DNA of 64,000 bases from an uncultured Sandaracinaceae bacterium (GCA_964495565.1 CAZBWQ010000003.1:7670-71669); one strand, 5' to 3'; positions 7,837 through 16,933 are shown, counted from the first letter of the stretch. Numbers and translations: made by a program. Notes: a model not told the origin generated them from the letters alone.

Positions 7837-8678
7837 TTCGCCACCGCCTTTTGATAGTCCGCCTCGCTGAGCTCGAGATAGTCCGCCCGAAAGGATTCCC
7901 ACGCCGCTCCGTCTTTGGCGCTCTCCGCGTACAGGCGTTGGAACGCCTCGTCGCGGCCGTAGTCGGGCGGACACTCGGTGAAGTGCGCACCATGGGGCGC
8001 TTCCACCACTCCCTGAACCATCATGCGATTGATCTGCAAGCTCTGGAGAGGTCCGCCCTGGACCAGCTCCTCGGTTGGAACGACTCTCTCGCAGCTCATG
8101 AATGCCTTCTTTGCCGCCATGCAGAAGAGGTGGTCGAAGTACGGATCGCGTCCGAGCGACTGACCATTGCCGCTCGAATCGGCGCGATTCATGTGGACGA
8201 AGGCCACGTCTACGTGAAGCGCCGGCACGGCCACGAGCTCTTCCCCGTCGTCGTAGGGGGAACGGACGGTTTTGAGGTGCGGGTTGATCTTCATCACGTC
8301 CGAGCCGAGACCCGCCCGGGTCGGCAAGAACGGAAGGCGTTGGGCCGCGGCCCGAAGCCCGAGCAGGAACATGCCCTCGTCGAGCTCGATGGCTTCCACC
8401 GAGCCCTCCTGCCGGGCCTTTCGAAAGTGCGGCTCGAGTGGGATCGAGTCCAACGACACGAATCCGTATACGGCCTTCTTCAGCTGGCCGGTCGCGCAAA
8501 GGATGCCGACGTCGGGGCCGCCATACGAAACGACCGTCAGATCCTTGACCCCTTTGCGCACGAGCGCGCGAACGAATGCCATGGGCTTGCGACGAGACCC
8601 CCACCCGCCGAAGCCGATGGTCATCCCGTCGGTGACTTCCGCGACCGCTTCATCGACGGTCATGCGCTTGTCGTTCAC
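7833..8678 (-). CDS. CoA-transferase family I, subunit A (IpdA-like by position)
   Basis: 281 aa; MNDKRMTVDEAVAEVTDGMTIGFGGWGSRRKPMAFVRALVRKGVKDLTVV... is the typical subunit A N-terminus. Confidence 0.9.
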   Translation of the reverse strand: MNDKRMTVDEAVAEVTDGMTIGFGGWGSRRKPMAFVRALVRKGVKDLTVVSYGGPDVGILCATGQLKKAVYGFVSLDSIPLEPHFRKARQEGSVEAIELDEGMFLLGLRAAAQRLPFLPTRAGLGSDVMKINPHLKTVRSPYDDGEELVAVPALHVDVAFVHMNRADSSGNGQSLGRDPYFDHLFCMAAKKAFMSCERVVPTEELVQGGPLQSLQINRMMVQGVVEAPHGAHFTECPPDYGRDEAFQRLYAESAKDGAAWESFRADYLELSEADYQKAVAK

Positions 8679-8687
8679 GAAGCTACC

Positions 8688-9446
8688 TCACTCCTCTGTG
8701 TCGGGGTCGCGCTTTTCGACGAACGCATCGCGCGCCTCGTCTGCCACACCCGCGAGATTCAACTCGAACGTGAAACCCTGCTCGAACCGATAGGAGCGGT
8801 TGACGTCGACCGGATCGATGTTGTTCAGGCACTGTTTGGCGACTCGCACCACCCGCGGGATCTTCTTGGTGAAGGTGCGAGCGACCTTCCTCGCTTCGTC
8901 GACGAGCTGATCCGGATCGACCACCGCGTACACGGAGCCCCAGGCGTGAAGCTCTTCGGCCGACGCCGGCTCGCAGGTGAGAACCATCGCGCGCATCTTG
9001 AGTGGCGGGACCAAGCGGGCCAGGTGCGTGGCCGCGCCAAGCGCGCCCCGATCGACCTCGGGAAGCGCGAATTTGGCCCCCCTGGCGGCGATCAGGATGT
9101 CGGAGTTTCCAGCCAGACCGATGCCACCGCCCACGCAGTAGCCGTGCACCGCCGTGATCACGGGCACCGGGCACTCGTACACGGCCTTGAAGGCTTCCCA
9201 GCAGCCTCGATTGGCGCCGAGCAACGCATCGAAGCCCTCGGTGGTTTGCATTTCCTTGATGTCGACGCCGGCGTTGAACCCGCGGCCCTCGGCGCGAAGG
9301 ATCACCGCGCGCGTGTCTGGATCCCGGCCTGCCCCGGTCACGAGGTCCGCGAGCTCGAACCAGCCTTGGACCGGAATCGCGTTGACCGGAGGGTAGTCGA
9401 CCGTGATTTCGGCTATTCCATCAATGATTTCAACTGAAATGCCCAC
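8688..9446 (-). CDS. enoyl-CoA hydratase/isomerase (crotonase) family (EchA20-like by position)
   Basis: 252 aa; ...VILRAEGRGFNAGVDIKEM...AVHGYCVGGGIGLAGNSD.... GTG start at 9446 with AAGGA 8 nt upstream. Confidence 0.9.
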   Translation of the reverse strand: MGISVEIIDGIAEITVDYPPVNAIPVQGWFELADLVTGAGRDPDTRAVILRAEGRGFNAGVDIKEMQTTEGFDALLGANRGCWEAFKAVYECPVPVITAVHGYCVGGGIGLAGNSDILIAARGAKFALPEVDRGALGAATHLARLVPPLKMRAMVLTCEPASAEELHAWGSVYAVVDPDQLVDEARKVARTFTKKIPRVVRVAKQCLNNIDPVDVNRSYRFEQGFTFELNLAGVADEARDAFVEKRDPDTEE

Positions 9447-9474
9447 GACGCATCCTTCGGCGGGAGGGGCGAAG

Positions 9475-9488
9475 TGAAACGCGTTTCA
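9475..9488. promoter_or_regulatory. KstR-type operator-like perfect palindrome TGAAACGCGTTTCA (site B)
   Basis: It lies 29 nt upstream of the enoyl-CoA hydratase start codon, in the 51-nt gap after the preceding gene. The flanks gAAGTGAAACGCGTTTCAGT closely match site C. Confidence 0.65.
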
Positions 9489-9497
9489 GTGCTCCGG

Positions 9498-10028
9498 TCA
9501 AGTCGACGCGGAAGGCGCCGCCGCCCGGAGACCCTCGAGGAACGCTTCGATCGACGGCGTGATCGGTCGACCCATGCGCGTCAGCTCGGCGCGCACGGAC
9601 TCGATCGCGCTGCCGACGTCCGACGTGGTGATCGTCCGAAGCGGCGGAACGCGAAACCGGTAGACCACCCGAAGGACGGCGCGAAAGATCGCCTCGGGCA
9701 TCACGACGACGACCGCCACGTCATCCCGATCGAGCTCGTGGCGGCGCGCCTCCAGCCATTCGGAGAACTTTCTTCGAACCGAGCTCGAGATCACCCCCGT
9801 CCCGCGATGGTGCTGGACCAGCCCGAGAAAGGGCCGGCTCTGGGTGAGGTGAGAGTCCGCGAGAGCGAGCATCCGGTCGACCTCGCCTTCCTGCACCAAG
9901 CGGGGCAGCTTCATGTCGAAGAACACGAGCGGCGAAAGCGTCGCATCGATTCGGATTCGTTCAGATTCGTAGGTGGGCTCCGGGTCCCATCGGTGTCGTG
10001 TATGCATAAGCCATCCAAAGGTGAGCAA
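9498..10028 (-). CDS. hypothetical protein, paralog of 12522..12935
   Basis: 176-aa ORF with no recognisable catalytic motif. It shares blocks with the 12522 ORF (RRKFSEWLEARRHEL / QRKAITEWIDRDRQHL; PPLRTITTSDVGSAIESV / PIPVKVFRDVSAAESW). The start could also be the second Met (MHTRH). Confidence 0.6.
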   Translation of the reverse strand: MLTFGWLMHTRHRWDPEPTYESERIRIDATLSPLVFFDMKLPRLVQEGEVDRMLALADSHLTQSRPFLGLVQHHRGTGVISSSVRRKFSEWLEARRHELDRDDVAVVVVMPEAIFRAVLRVVYRFRVPPLRTITTSDVGSAIESVRAELTRMGRPITPSIEAFLEGLRAAAPSAST

Positions 10029-10124
10029 ACCTCATAAATAAGCAGCGAGGCCGGAATTTGCCTGGTTTCCGACGCCCGTCAACCCTCGGCCGAGGACGGG
10101 CGAAACCCGGTTGCGAGGCGGTGA

Positions 10125-11726
10125 TTGCCGCGCTCCCAGCTTGGCGATATCAAGGGCGCGGTGGTGGAGACGATCCCCGAGCTCGTTCGAACACAGGCCC
10201 TGGCGCTGGGGGATCGACCGGCGATCATCGACGGGCCCACGACCCTGAGCTTTGCCACGCTCGCGGAGCGGGTCGACGAGACGGCACGGGCCCTGCTCGG
10301 GCTCGGCATTCACAAGGGCGATCGGGTCGCCATTTGGGCTCCCAACATGTGGGAGTGGATCGTGTGCGCCCTGGCGATTCACACGGTCGGTGGCGTGATG
10401 GTTCCGATCAACACGCGCTACAAGGGCATCGAGGCGGCCTATCTCTTGAACAAGAGCGGCGCCAAGGCGCTCTTCACGGTCACCGACTTCCTCGGGGTCG
10501 ATTACGTCACCCTCCTGCGAGAATGTGAGGTGGACCTGCCTGCGCTGTCGAACGTGATCGTCCTTCGCGGACGAGCCCCGGAGAGAACGCTCGGCTACGA
10601 TGAGCTGCTCGCGGCCGCGTCCCGGGTCCCGAGCACGGCTGGCATGGAGAGGTCTGCCACCGTGAGCCCCGACGACCTGGCCGACATCCTCTTCACCTCC
10701 GGGACGACGGGCAAGCCCAAAGGGGCGATGTGCACGCACCGGCAAAACCTTCGTGTGTTCGATCAATGGAGCTCGATCGTCGGCCTGCGGGAGGGGGATC
10801 GCTACCTGATCGTGCTGCCTTTCTTTCACAGCTTCGGTTACAAGGCCGGTTGGCTTTCGGCCTTGATGCGCGGCGCGGTCGTCTTTCCGGAGCCGGTTTT
10901 CGACGTCGATGTGGTCCTGCGGCGCGTCGAACAAGACCAGATCACCATGCTCCCGGGGCCGCCTGCTCTGTACCAGTCGATTCTCCTGCACCCCAATCGA
11001 GACCGCTTCGACCTCTCGAGCCTTCGACTCGCGGTGACCGGCGCCGCCGCGATTCCAGTCGAGCTCATCCACAAAATGAAGCGCGACCTCGGCTTCGAGA
11101 CGGTGATCACGGCATACGGCCTCACCGAAAGCTGCGGCGTGGTGACGATGTGTCGGCTCGACGACGACGCCGAAACCATCGCGACGACCAGCGGGCGCGC
11201 CATTCCGGACGTCGAAGTCCGTATCGTCGATGCGGACGGCAAGCCCATGCCGCCCAATCAGCCCGGCGAGATCGTGGTCCGCGGCTACAACGTGATGAAG
11301 GGGTACTTCGACGCGCCGGAGGAGACCACGGAGGCGATCGACGAAGACGGGTGGCTGCACACCGGAGACGTCGGCACGCTGGACGAGCGCGGCTACATCC
11401 GCATCACCGACCGGCTGAAAGACATGTTCATCGTCGGTGGGTTCAACGCCTACCCCGCGGAGATCGAGAACATCCTTCTGCAGATGCCCGGTGTTGGCGA
11501 GGTCGCGGTCATCGGGATCCCGGATGAGCGACTCGGCGAGGTCGGGATGGCGTTCGTGGTGCCGGCGCCCGGACACGAGCTCGAGCCGGAAGCCGTCATC
11601 CGGTGGAGCCGGGCTCACATGGCGAACTTCAAGGTGCCTCGCCAAGTGAAGATCGTGGAGGCCCTTCCGCGCAACGCGACCGGCAAGGTCGTCAAGTACG
11701 AGCTTCGTGAGCGCGCCCGTGCATGA
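10125..11726 (+). CDS. acyl-CoA synthetase (AMP-forming, ANL superfamily); FadD3-like by context
   Basis: 533 aa; ...ILFTSGTTGKPKGAM..., ...YGLTES..., ...WLHTGDVG...GYIRITDRLKDMFIVGGFNAYPAEIE..., ...PRNATGKV. Confidence 0.9.
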   Translation: MPRSQLGDIKGAVVETIPELVRTQALALGDRPAIIDGPTTLSFATLAERVDETARALLGLGIHKGDRVAIWAPNMWEWIVCALAIHTVGGVMVPINTRYKGIEAAYLLNKSGAKALFTVTDFLGVDYVTLLRECEVDLPALSNVIVLRGRAPERTLGYDELLAAASRVPSTAGMERSATVSPDDLADILFTSGTTGKPKGAMCTHRQNLRVFDQWSSIVGLREGDRYLIVLPFFHSFGYKAGWLSALMRGAVVFPEPVFDVDVVLRRVEQDQITMLPGPPALYQSILLHPNRDRFDLSSLRLAVTGAAAIPVELIHKMKRDLGFETVITAYGLTESCGVVTMCRLDDDAETIATTSGRAIPDVEVRIVDADGKPMPPNQPGEIVVRGYNVMKGYFDAPEETTEAIDEDGWLHTGDVGTLDERGYIRITDRLKDMFIVGGFNAYPAEIENILLQMPGVGEVAVIGIPDERLGEVGMAFVVPAPGHELEPEAVIRWSRAHMANFKVPRQVKIVEALPRNATGKVVKYELRERARA

Positions 11727-12483
11727 ATTCCCAGACGGCGTGGCCCTCGTGGTGGGCGGAAGCGGTGGGATCGGGAGCGCGATCGCGCGCAACCTGGCCG
11801 CCCGTGGCGCACGGATCGCCCTGACCTATCGCCGCAATCGCGATGCTGCATCGGAGGTGGCACGGCAAATCGAGCAGCATGGGGGCGCTTGCGAGCTGCA
11901 CCGCGTGGACCTCGAAGATTTGGAGTCGGTGACCGCGTGCTTCGAAAGCCTGTCGGCGAGCCACGGTCAGATTCACACGGTCGCCCATGCCGCCGGAACG
12001 CGCATCGATCAGCCCTACATCAGCCAGGTGAGCCCCGAGCAGTGGCGAAAGACGATCGACTGCGACGTCCACGGGTTTTTTCACGTCGCTCACGTCGCAC
12101 TGCCGCATCTTCGGCGCAGCCGCGGCTCGATCGTGTTCGTCAGCTCGGCGGGCCTGAAGCGCTTTCCGCCCGGCGACGTTCTGTCCGTCGCTCCCAAGGG
12201 GGCGATCGAGGCACTGATACGTGGCATCGCTCGCGAGGAGGGGCGGTACGGCGTCCGCGCCAACAGTGTCGCGGTTGCCGTGGTCGACGCCGGCATGTTT
12301 CCGAAGCTGGTCGAGAGCGGTGAGCTCAGCCAAGCGTGGATCGACGCCGCGATTCGCAACACTCCGATGCGGCGATTCGGCACACCCGACGAGATCGCAG
12401 ATGCCGTGGTCTTCCTGGCTTCCTCACGTGCACGCTACATCACCGGACAGACTCTGTTCGTCGACGGAGGTTACACGTTGTAG
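11707..12483 (+). CDS. short-chain dehydrogenase/reductase (SDR)
   Basis: VVGGSGGIGSAIA (TGxxxGxG type) with S...PKGAIEAL in the catalytic region. GTG start overlaps the synthetase 3' end by 20 nt; an alternative GTG lies at 11719. Confidence 0.8.
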   Translation: MSAPVHEFPDGVALVVGGSGGIGSAIARNLAARGARIALTYRRNRDAASEVARQIEQHGGACELHRVDLEDLESVTACFESLSASHGQIHTVAHAAGTRIDQPYISQVSPEQWRKTIDCDVHGFFHVAHVALPHLRRSRGSIVFVSSAGLKRFPPGDVLSVAPKGAIEALIRGIAREEGRYGVRANSVAVAVVDAGMFPKLVESGELSQAWIDAAIRNTPMRRFGTPDEIADAVVFLASSRARYITGQTLFVDGGYTL

Positions 12484-12521
12484 GGCTGCGTCGGCCTGAG
12501 TAGACTGCGCAACGGGGAAGC

Positions 12522-12935
12522 ATGGGGCAGGTTCTCTTCGATGAAAGCCGACGACCGCTGATGCGAATGACGTATCAGGGTCTGTGCGACGATGCAGAGT
12601 GGCGGCGACACGTCGGCCGCATGTCGGAGTGGGCCCGACGAGGAGAGCCTTACGCCGTCGTCATCGACGCCCGTCAGGTGGGCCGCGTGCCTGCCACGCA
12701 ACGGAAGGCCATCACCGAGTGGATCGACCGGGATCGTCAGCACCTCAAGGTCAACTGCGCCGGCGGCGCGCTGATCTTCTCGAGCCCCATCCAGCAAGGG
12801 CTTTGGACCGCCATCTCGTGGGTCACCCCGAGCCCGATTCCGGTCAAGGTGTTCCGTGATGTGTCCGCCGCCGAATCTTGGCTTCGAGACATGCTGGCCG
12901 CGAAGTTTCCCTCGTTGCGTCTGGAGAAATCATGA
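12522..12935 (+). CDS. hypothetical protein, paralog of 9498..10028
   Basis: 137 aa, sharing the blocks listed for 9498..10028. There is an ATGA overlap with the following synthetase gene. Confidence 0.6.
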   Translation: MGQVLFDESRRPLMRMTYQGLCDDAEWRRHVGRMSEWARRGEPYAVVIDARQVGRVPATQRKAITEWIDRDRQHLKVNCAGGALIFSSPIQQGLWTAISWVTPSPIPVKVFRDVSAAESWLRDMLAAKFPSLRLEKS

Positions 12936-14644
12936 GCTCCCCGAATTCATCGGAGCCATCGACGGCCGACCAGAGCCGCATGCAGGCAATCGAGGCACAG
13001 CTTCTCGCGAAGGGCTCCCCGTTCGAGCTCACCGAGGAAGAGGTGCTGGGCGAACGGGTCAAGGTCTTCGCGAACCGTGCCCGATCGCTTCGTGACCTGC
13101 TACTACGAGCCCGGGAATTCGCGGATGCCGAGTATTTGGTCTTCCGGGACGGCCCACGGGAGCGGCGCTACACCTTCGGCGAGCACGAGCAGCTCGTGGC
13201 AGGCGCCGCAGCGGCCTTTGCGGACCGGTATGGCGTCGGCAAGGGAGACCGCGTCGCCATCTTGGCGGCGAACTGCCCCGAGTGGGTGATCTCGTTTTGG
13301 GCTACGGTCAGCCTCGGCGCCATCTGCGTCGGCCTGAACGGGTGGTGGACCGAAGACGAAATCCGGTACTCGGTGCGCCACAGCCAGCCCAAGCTGTTGA
13401 TCACAGACCGCAAGCGCGCATCGCGCATTCGTGGCGACGTCGGAGCGCCGCTGTTGGTGGTCGAAGACGAGCTCGATGCGCTGCTCGAAGGGTATCGGGA
13501 CGCGACGCTTCCCACCGTGCCGATTGCCGAGAGCGACCCGGCCATCATGCTCTACACCAGCGGCACGACGGGTCGCGCCAAAGGCGTCGTACACACGCAT
13601 GGCAACGTCACGAACATGATCATGGTGAGCTTCTTTCACGGCGCGCGGCTGATGATGGCCAACCCGAAGCAGGCGTCACTGCCGCAACTGCCGAACAGCA
13701 TTCTCGTGACGAGCCCCCTCTTTCACGTGTCCGGTCTCCACTGCGCGGCCGTGACGGCGCTGGCCGGGGGCGCGAAGACCGTGTGGCCCATGGGAAGATT
13801 CGATCCCGAGCTCGCCCTCGAGCTCATCGAGCGTGAGAAGATCACGGGTTGGGGTTACACCGCCACCGTTCTCCATCGCCTGCTGAATCACCCGAAGGCC
13901 CACGAATACGACCTGAGCTCGTTCCGATCCGTCGGCGGGGGCGGCTCTCCGATCCCCTCGCCCTTGCTCGACAAAGCACGGGCGCTCTTCCCCAACTGCC
14001 AGCACACGATGGGCGTCGGATACGGCTTGACCGAAGGAACCGCCTTCGCGACGCTCAACGCCGGCGACGAGCTGAACGACGACCCCGAATCGGTCGGCCG
14101 CCCGGTTCCGGTGGTCGACGTCGAAATTCGCGACGAGCAGGGAAGACCGGTGCCAGACGGCGAAGAAGGCGAGATTCACGTGCGCGGTCCGCTGGTGATG
14201 CTCGGCTACTGGAACGATCCGGAGTCCACGAACGTGGCCATCCGCCCTGGGCGGTGGCTGAACACGGGCGACGTGGGCCGGATCGAAAACGGCAAGCTCT
14301 ACATCGCGTCGCGCAAGAGAGACCTCATCCTCCGAGGCGGCGAAAATGTGTACCCGTTCGAGATCGAGCAGCGTCTCGAGGCACATCCGGCCGTAGCGGA
14401 GGCCGCCGTGATCGGAGTCGAGCACGAGGAGCTCGGGCAAGAGGTGAAGGCCTTCGTCGTGCTCGAAGAAGAGGCTTCCGCATCCTGGGAGGAGCTGCGC
14501 AAGTGGGTCGCGGACGCCCTCGCCTACTACAAGGTGCCCAGTCGGTGGGAGATGCGCGAACGCCCACTCCCACGCAACGCCACCGGAAAGGTGCTAAAGA
14601 ACGCCCTGCGCGATCCGCAGGATTCGATGTTCATCGAGGAGTGA
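12932..14644 (+). CDS. acyl-CoA synthetase (AMP-forming)
   Basis: Start trimmed to MSSPNSSEPS (ATG 12932). ...IMLYTSGTTGRAKGVV..., ...GYGLTEG..., ...WLNTGDVGRIENGKLYIASRKRDLILRGGENVYPFEIE..., ...PRNATGKVLK. Confidence 0.9.
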   Translation: MSSPNSSEPSTADQSRMQAIEAQLLAKGSPFELTEEEVLGERVKVFANRARSLRDLLLRAREFADAEYLVFRDGPRERRYTFGEHEQLVAGAAAAFADRYGVGKGDRVAILAANCPEWVISFWATVSLGAICVGLNGWWTEDEIRYSVRHSQPKLLITDRKRASRIRGDVGAPLLVVEDELDALLEGYRDATLPTVPIAESDPAIMLYTSGTTGRAKGVVHTHGNVTNMIMVSFFHGARLMMANPKQASLPQLPNSILVTSPLFHVSGLHCAAVTALAGGAKTVWPMGRFDPELALELIEREKITGWGYTATVLHRLLNHPKAHEYDLSSFRSVGGGGSPIPSPLLDKARALFPNCQHTMGVGYGLTEGTAFATLNAGDELNDDPESVGRPVPVVDVEIRDEQGRPVPDGEEGEIHVRGPLVMLGYWNDPESTNVAIRPGRWLNTGDVGRIENGKLYIASRKRDLILRGGENVYPFEIEQRLEAHPAVAEAAVIGVEHEELGQEVKAFVVLEEEASASWEELRKWVADALAYYKVPSRWEMRERPLPRNATGKVLKNALRDPQDSMFIEE

Positions 14645-14649
14645 GTCAC

Positions 14650-15870
14650 ATGCGAGAAGCCGTCATCGTCGCCACCGCGCGCAGCCCCATTGGGCGTGCC
14701 TTCAAAGGCTCCTTGGTCGAGATGCGTCCCGACGACTTGGCCGCCATCGTCGTGAAGGCCGCGCTCGCGAAGGTCCCGAGCTTGGATCCTTCGACGATCG
14801 AAGACCTGATGCTCGGCTGTGCGCAGCCTGCGGGCGAGCACGGGTACAACATGGCGCGCGTCGTCAGCCTGCTCGCAGGCATCGACTGCCCCGGGACCAC
14901 GGTCAATCGTTACTGTTCCTCCTCGCTTCAGACGATTCGCATGGCCGCCCATGCGATCAAAGCCGGAGAAGGCGACGTGTTCGTGGCCGCGGGCGTCGAG
15001 TGCGTCAGCCGCTTCGGGCTCGGCAAGGCCGACGGCATGGAAAACACCAAGAACCCCAAGTTTGGAGGTGCCCAGGCCCGTATGGCCGAGTACATGTCTC
15101 CGGATCGCGGAAACTGGGAGCCCGCACCAGGCTTGCCGGACGTCTACATCACCATGCTTCAGACGGCCGAGAACGTCGCACAATACGTGGCGATCTCACG
15201 CGAAGCGCAGGACGAGTTCGCCGCGTTGTCTCAACAGCGTGCCGAAGCGGCGCAAAAGTCCGGGTTCTTCGCCGAGGAAATCACGCCCGTCACGACTCCG
15301 AGCGGCGCGGTCGTCGATACCGACGACTGCCCACGTCACGGAACCACCGTGGAGAAGCTCGCGACCCTCAAGCCCGTCCTCGCCGAGCAGATGGGCGACC
15401 GTGCGACCGTCACCGCAGGCAATGCCTGCCCGCTCAACGACGGAGCCGCGGCCGTGGTGGTGATGAGCGACACCCGAGCCGCAGAGCTCGGGATCAAACC
15501 GCTCGCTCGCATCGTGTCCACCGCCGTGTCTGCGCTCAATCCGGAGATCATGGGCCTCGGTCCGGTCGAAGCGAGCAAGCGGGCGCTTCAACGAGCCGGC
15601 CTCACGATGAGAGACATCGATCTCGTCGAAATCAACGAGGCCTTTGCCGCGCAGGTCCTTCCGTCAGCCCGCGAGCTCGAGGTGCCCATCGAAAAGCTCA
15701 ACGTCAACGGCGGCGCCATCGCGCTCGGGCACCCCTTCGGCCAAACCGGCGCGCGCATCATGACGACCCTCATCCACAATCTGCAGAGCCGCGGCGGGCG
15801 CTACGGCCTCGAAACCATGTGCGTCGGGGGCGGCCAAGGCATGGCCGCCGTGATCGAGCGGCTGGACTGA
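14650..15870 (+). CDS. acetyl-CoA C-acyltransferase (thiolase)
   Basis: Start trimmed to MREAVIVATARSPIGRAFKGSL (ATG 14650). ...VNRYCSSSLQTI..., ...NVNGGAIALGHPFGQTGARI...MCVGGGQGMAAV. Confidence 0.92.
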   Translation: MREAVIVATARSPIGRAFKGSLVEMRPDDLAAIVVKAALAKVPSLDPSTIEDLMLGCAQPAGEHGYNMARVVSLLAGIDCPGTTVNRYCSSSLQTIRMAAHAIKAGEGDVFVAAGVECVSRFGLGKADGMENTKNPKFGGAQARMAEYMSPDRGNWEPAPGLPDVYITMLQTAENVAQYVAISREAQDEFAALSQQRAEAAQKSGFFAEEITPVTTPSGAVVDTDDCPRHGTTVEKLATLKPVLAEQMGDRATVTAGNACPLNDGAAAVVVMSDTRAAELGIKPLARIVSTAVSALNPEIMGLGPVEASKRALQRAGLTMRDIDLVEINEAFAAQVLPSARELEVPIEKLNVNGGAIALGHPFGQTGARIMTTLIHNLQSRGGRYGLETMCVGGGQGMAAVIERLD

Positions 15871-15883
15871 CCCTCGACGGACC

Positions 15884-16810
15884 TCAGGGCACGGCGCGGA
15901 GCTCGAAGCCGAGGCTCACCGTGACGAAGTGCAGCCAGTTCTTCGTGAAACCGTCACCGGGCGGATCGGGATCGCTATCCGTGCCCTCCGCCCCGCCTCC
16001 CAAATAGCGAACGTTGAAAAATGCCGACACACGCTTGGTGAAGTCGTAACCGACACGCAGGCTGGCATCGAGTAGCGCGCCGGTGATCTCCTCGTCGCTT
16101 CCGTTGATCACGCTGATCGGTGCGTAGATTCCGTCAATCTCGGTGCCCCACCACACCCCGCTGTCGAAGAGCCATCGTCCTCGAAACTTCAAGAGGGGAA
16201 CCGGCCCGACGTCGCGGCGATCGGCGCGAAGAGTGCCATCGGCGGAGGTGAAGGTGATGGTGGCGTTTCGGATTTGCAGGCCGAACCCGAGTGATGCCTC
16301 GTCGCCTCGACGACGCAGGAAGTCGTAGAGATAGCTCACCCGCCAAAAAGGAAATCCATACGTCGAGTCGAGCGCGGTGCCGGCCGGAAAGACGACGCCG
16401 TCAAACACCGTGTCCTCGCTGAGCACGGTCTCGCCGGAAAGCTTGAGAGGCTGATAGAGGAATACCAGGGTGTGCCGCCCCTTGATCTTCAGGTCGGTGC
16501 TGAGGCGGAAGAATGGGAACAGCACGTCCTGTCCGCCGTCGTCGCGGTAGTCGAATCGGCTGCCGTCGTTGCTGAGCTGGACGATGTGGCTGGCCACCAC
16601 GAGCATGCCGATCTCGGCGGACAACGACCACTCGACTTTGGGTGGCCTCTCGAGCGTGGCTCGATGTTTGGCAGCGATCTGGGTCGGTGGAGGCGTCGGG
16701 GCTACGGCTTCCGTCGTTGCCGGCGCGGGGGGGTCGGCGTGAAGGGGCGCTGGGGCCAGCCCGAGCACGGCCATCGCGGCGAACGTGGGAACGAGGATTC
16801 GGGCGGCCAT
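15884..16810 (-). CDS. secreted protein of unknown function, possibly outer-membrane beta-barrel
   Basis: Start trimmed to MAARILVPTFAAMAVLGLAPAPLHADPP (signal-peptide-like). The rest has an alternating aromatic/Gly-rich beta-strand-like pattern. The upstream in-frame part of the ORF overlaps the pirin gene and looks non-coding. Confidence 0.55.
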   Translation of the reverse strand: MAARILVPTFAAMAVLGLAPAPLHADPPAPATTEAVAPTPPPTQIAAKHRATLERPPKVEWSLSAEIGMLVVASHIVQLSNDGSRFDYRDDGGQDVLFPFFRLSTDLKIKGRHTLVFLYQPLKLSGETVLSEDTVFDGVVFPAGTALDSTYGFPFWRVSYLYDFLRRRGDEASLGFGLQIRNATITFTSADGTLRADRRDVGPVPLLKFRGRWLFDSGVWWGTEIDGIYAPISVINGSDEEITGALLDASLRVGYDFTKRVSAFFNVRYLGGGAEGTDSDPDPPGDGFTKNWLHFVTVSLGFELRAVP

Positions 16811-16933
16811 GGAGGTCGTGACGGTAGCATGGCCTGTCGAGGGGCCAGGCCACAAAAAGGGGCTCCTCGCCGGCAAATCGAGGGGCTTGCCACCGGCCAC
16901 ATAGAGGCAGAGAGACAAGGAGCCCGAGACACG

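Noticed and set aside
16811-16933. The short inverted repeat TGGCCTG...CAGGCCA in the gap between the secreted-protein and pirin genes.
   Set aside because: It is only 7 bp and GC-rich, so it is expected by chance in this composition, and no related copy exists elsewhere in the window.
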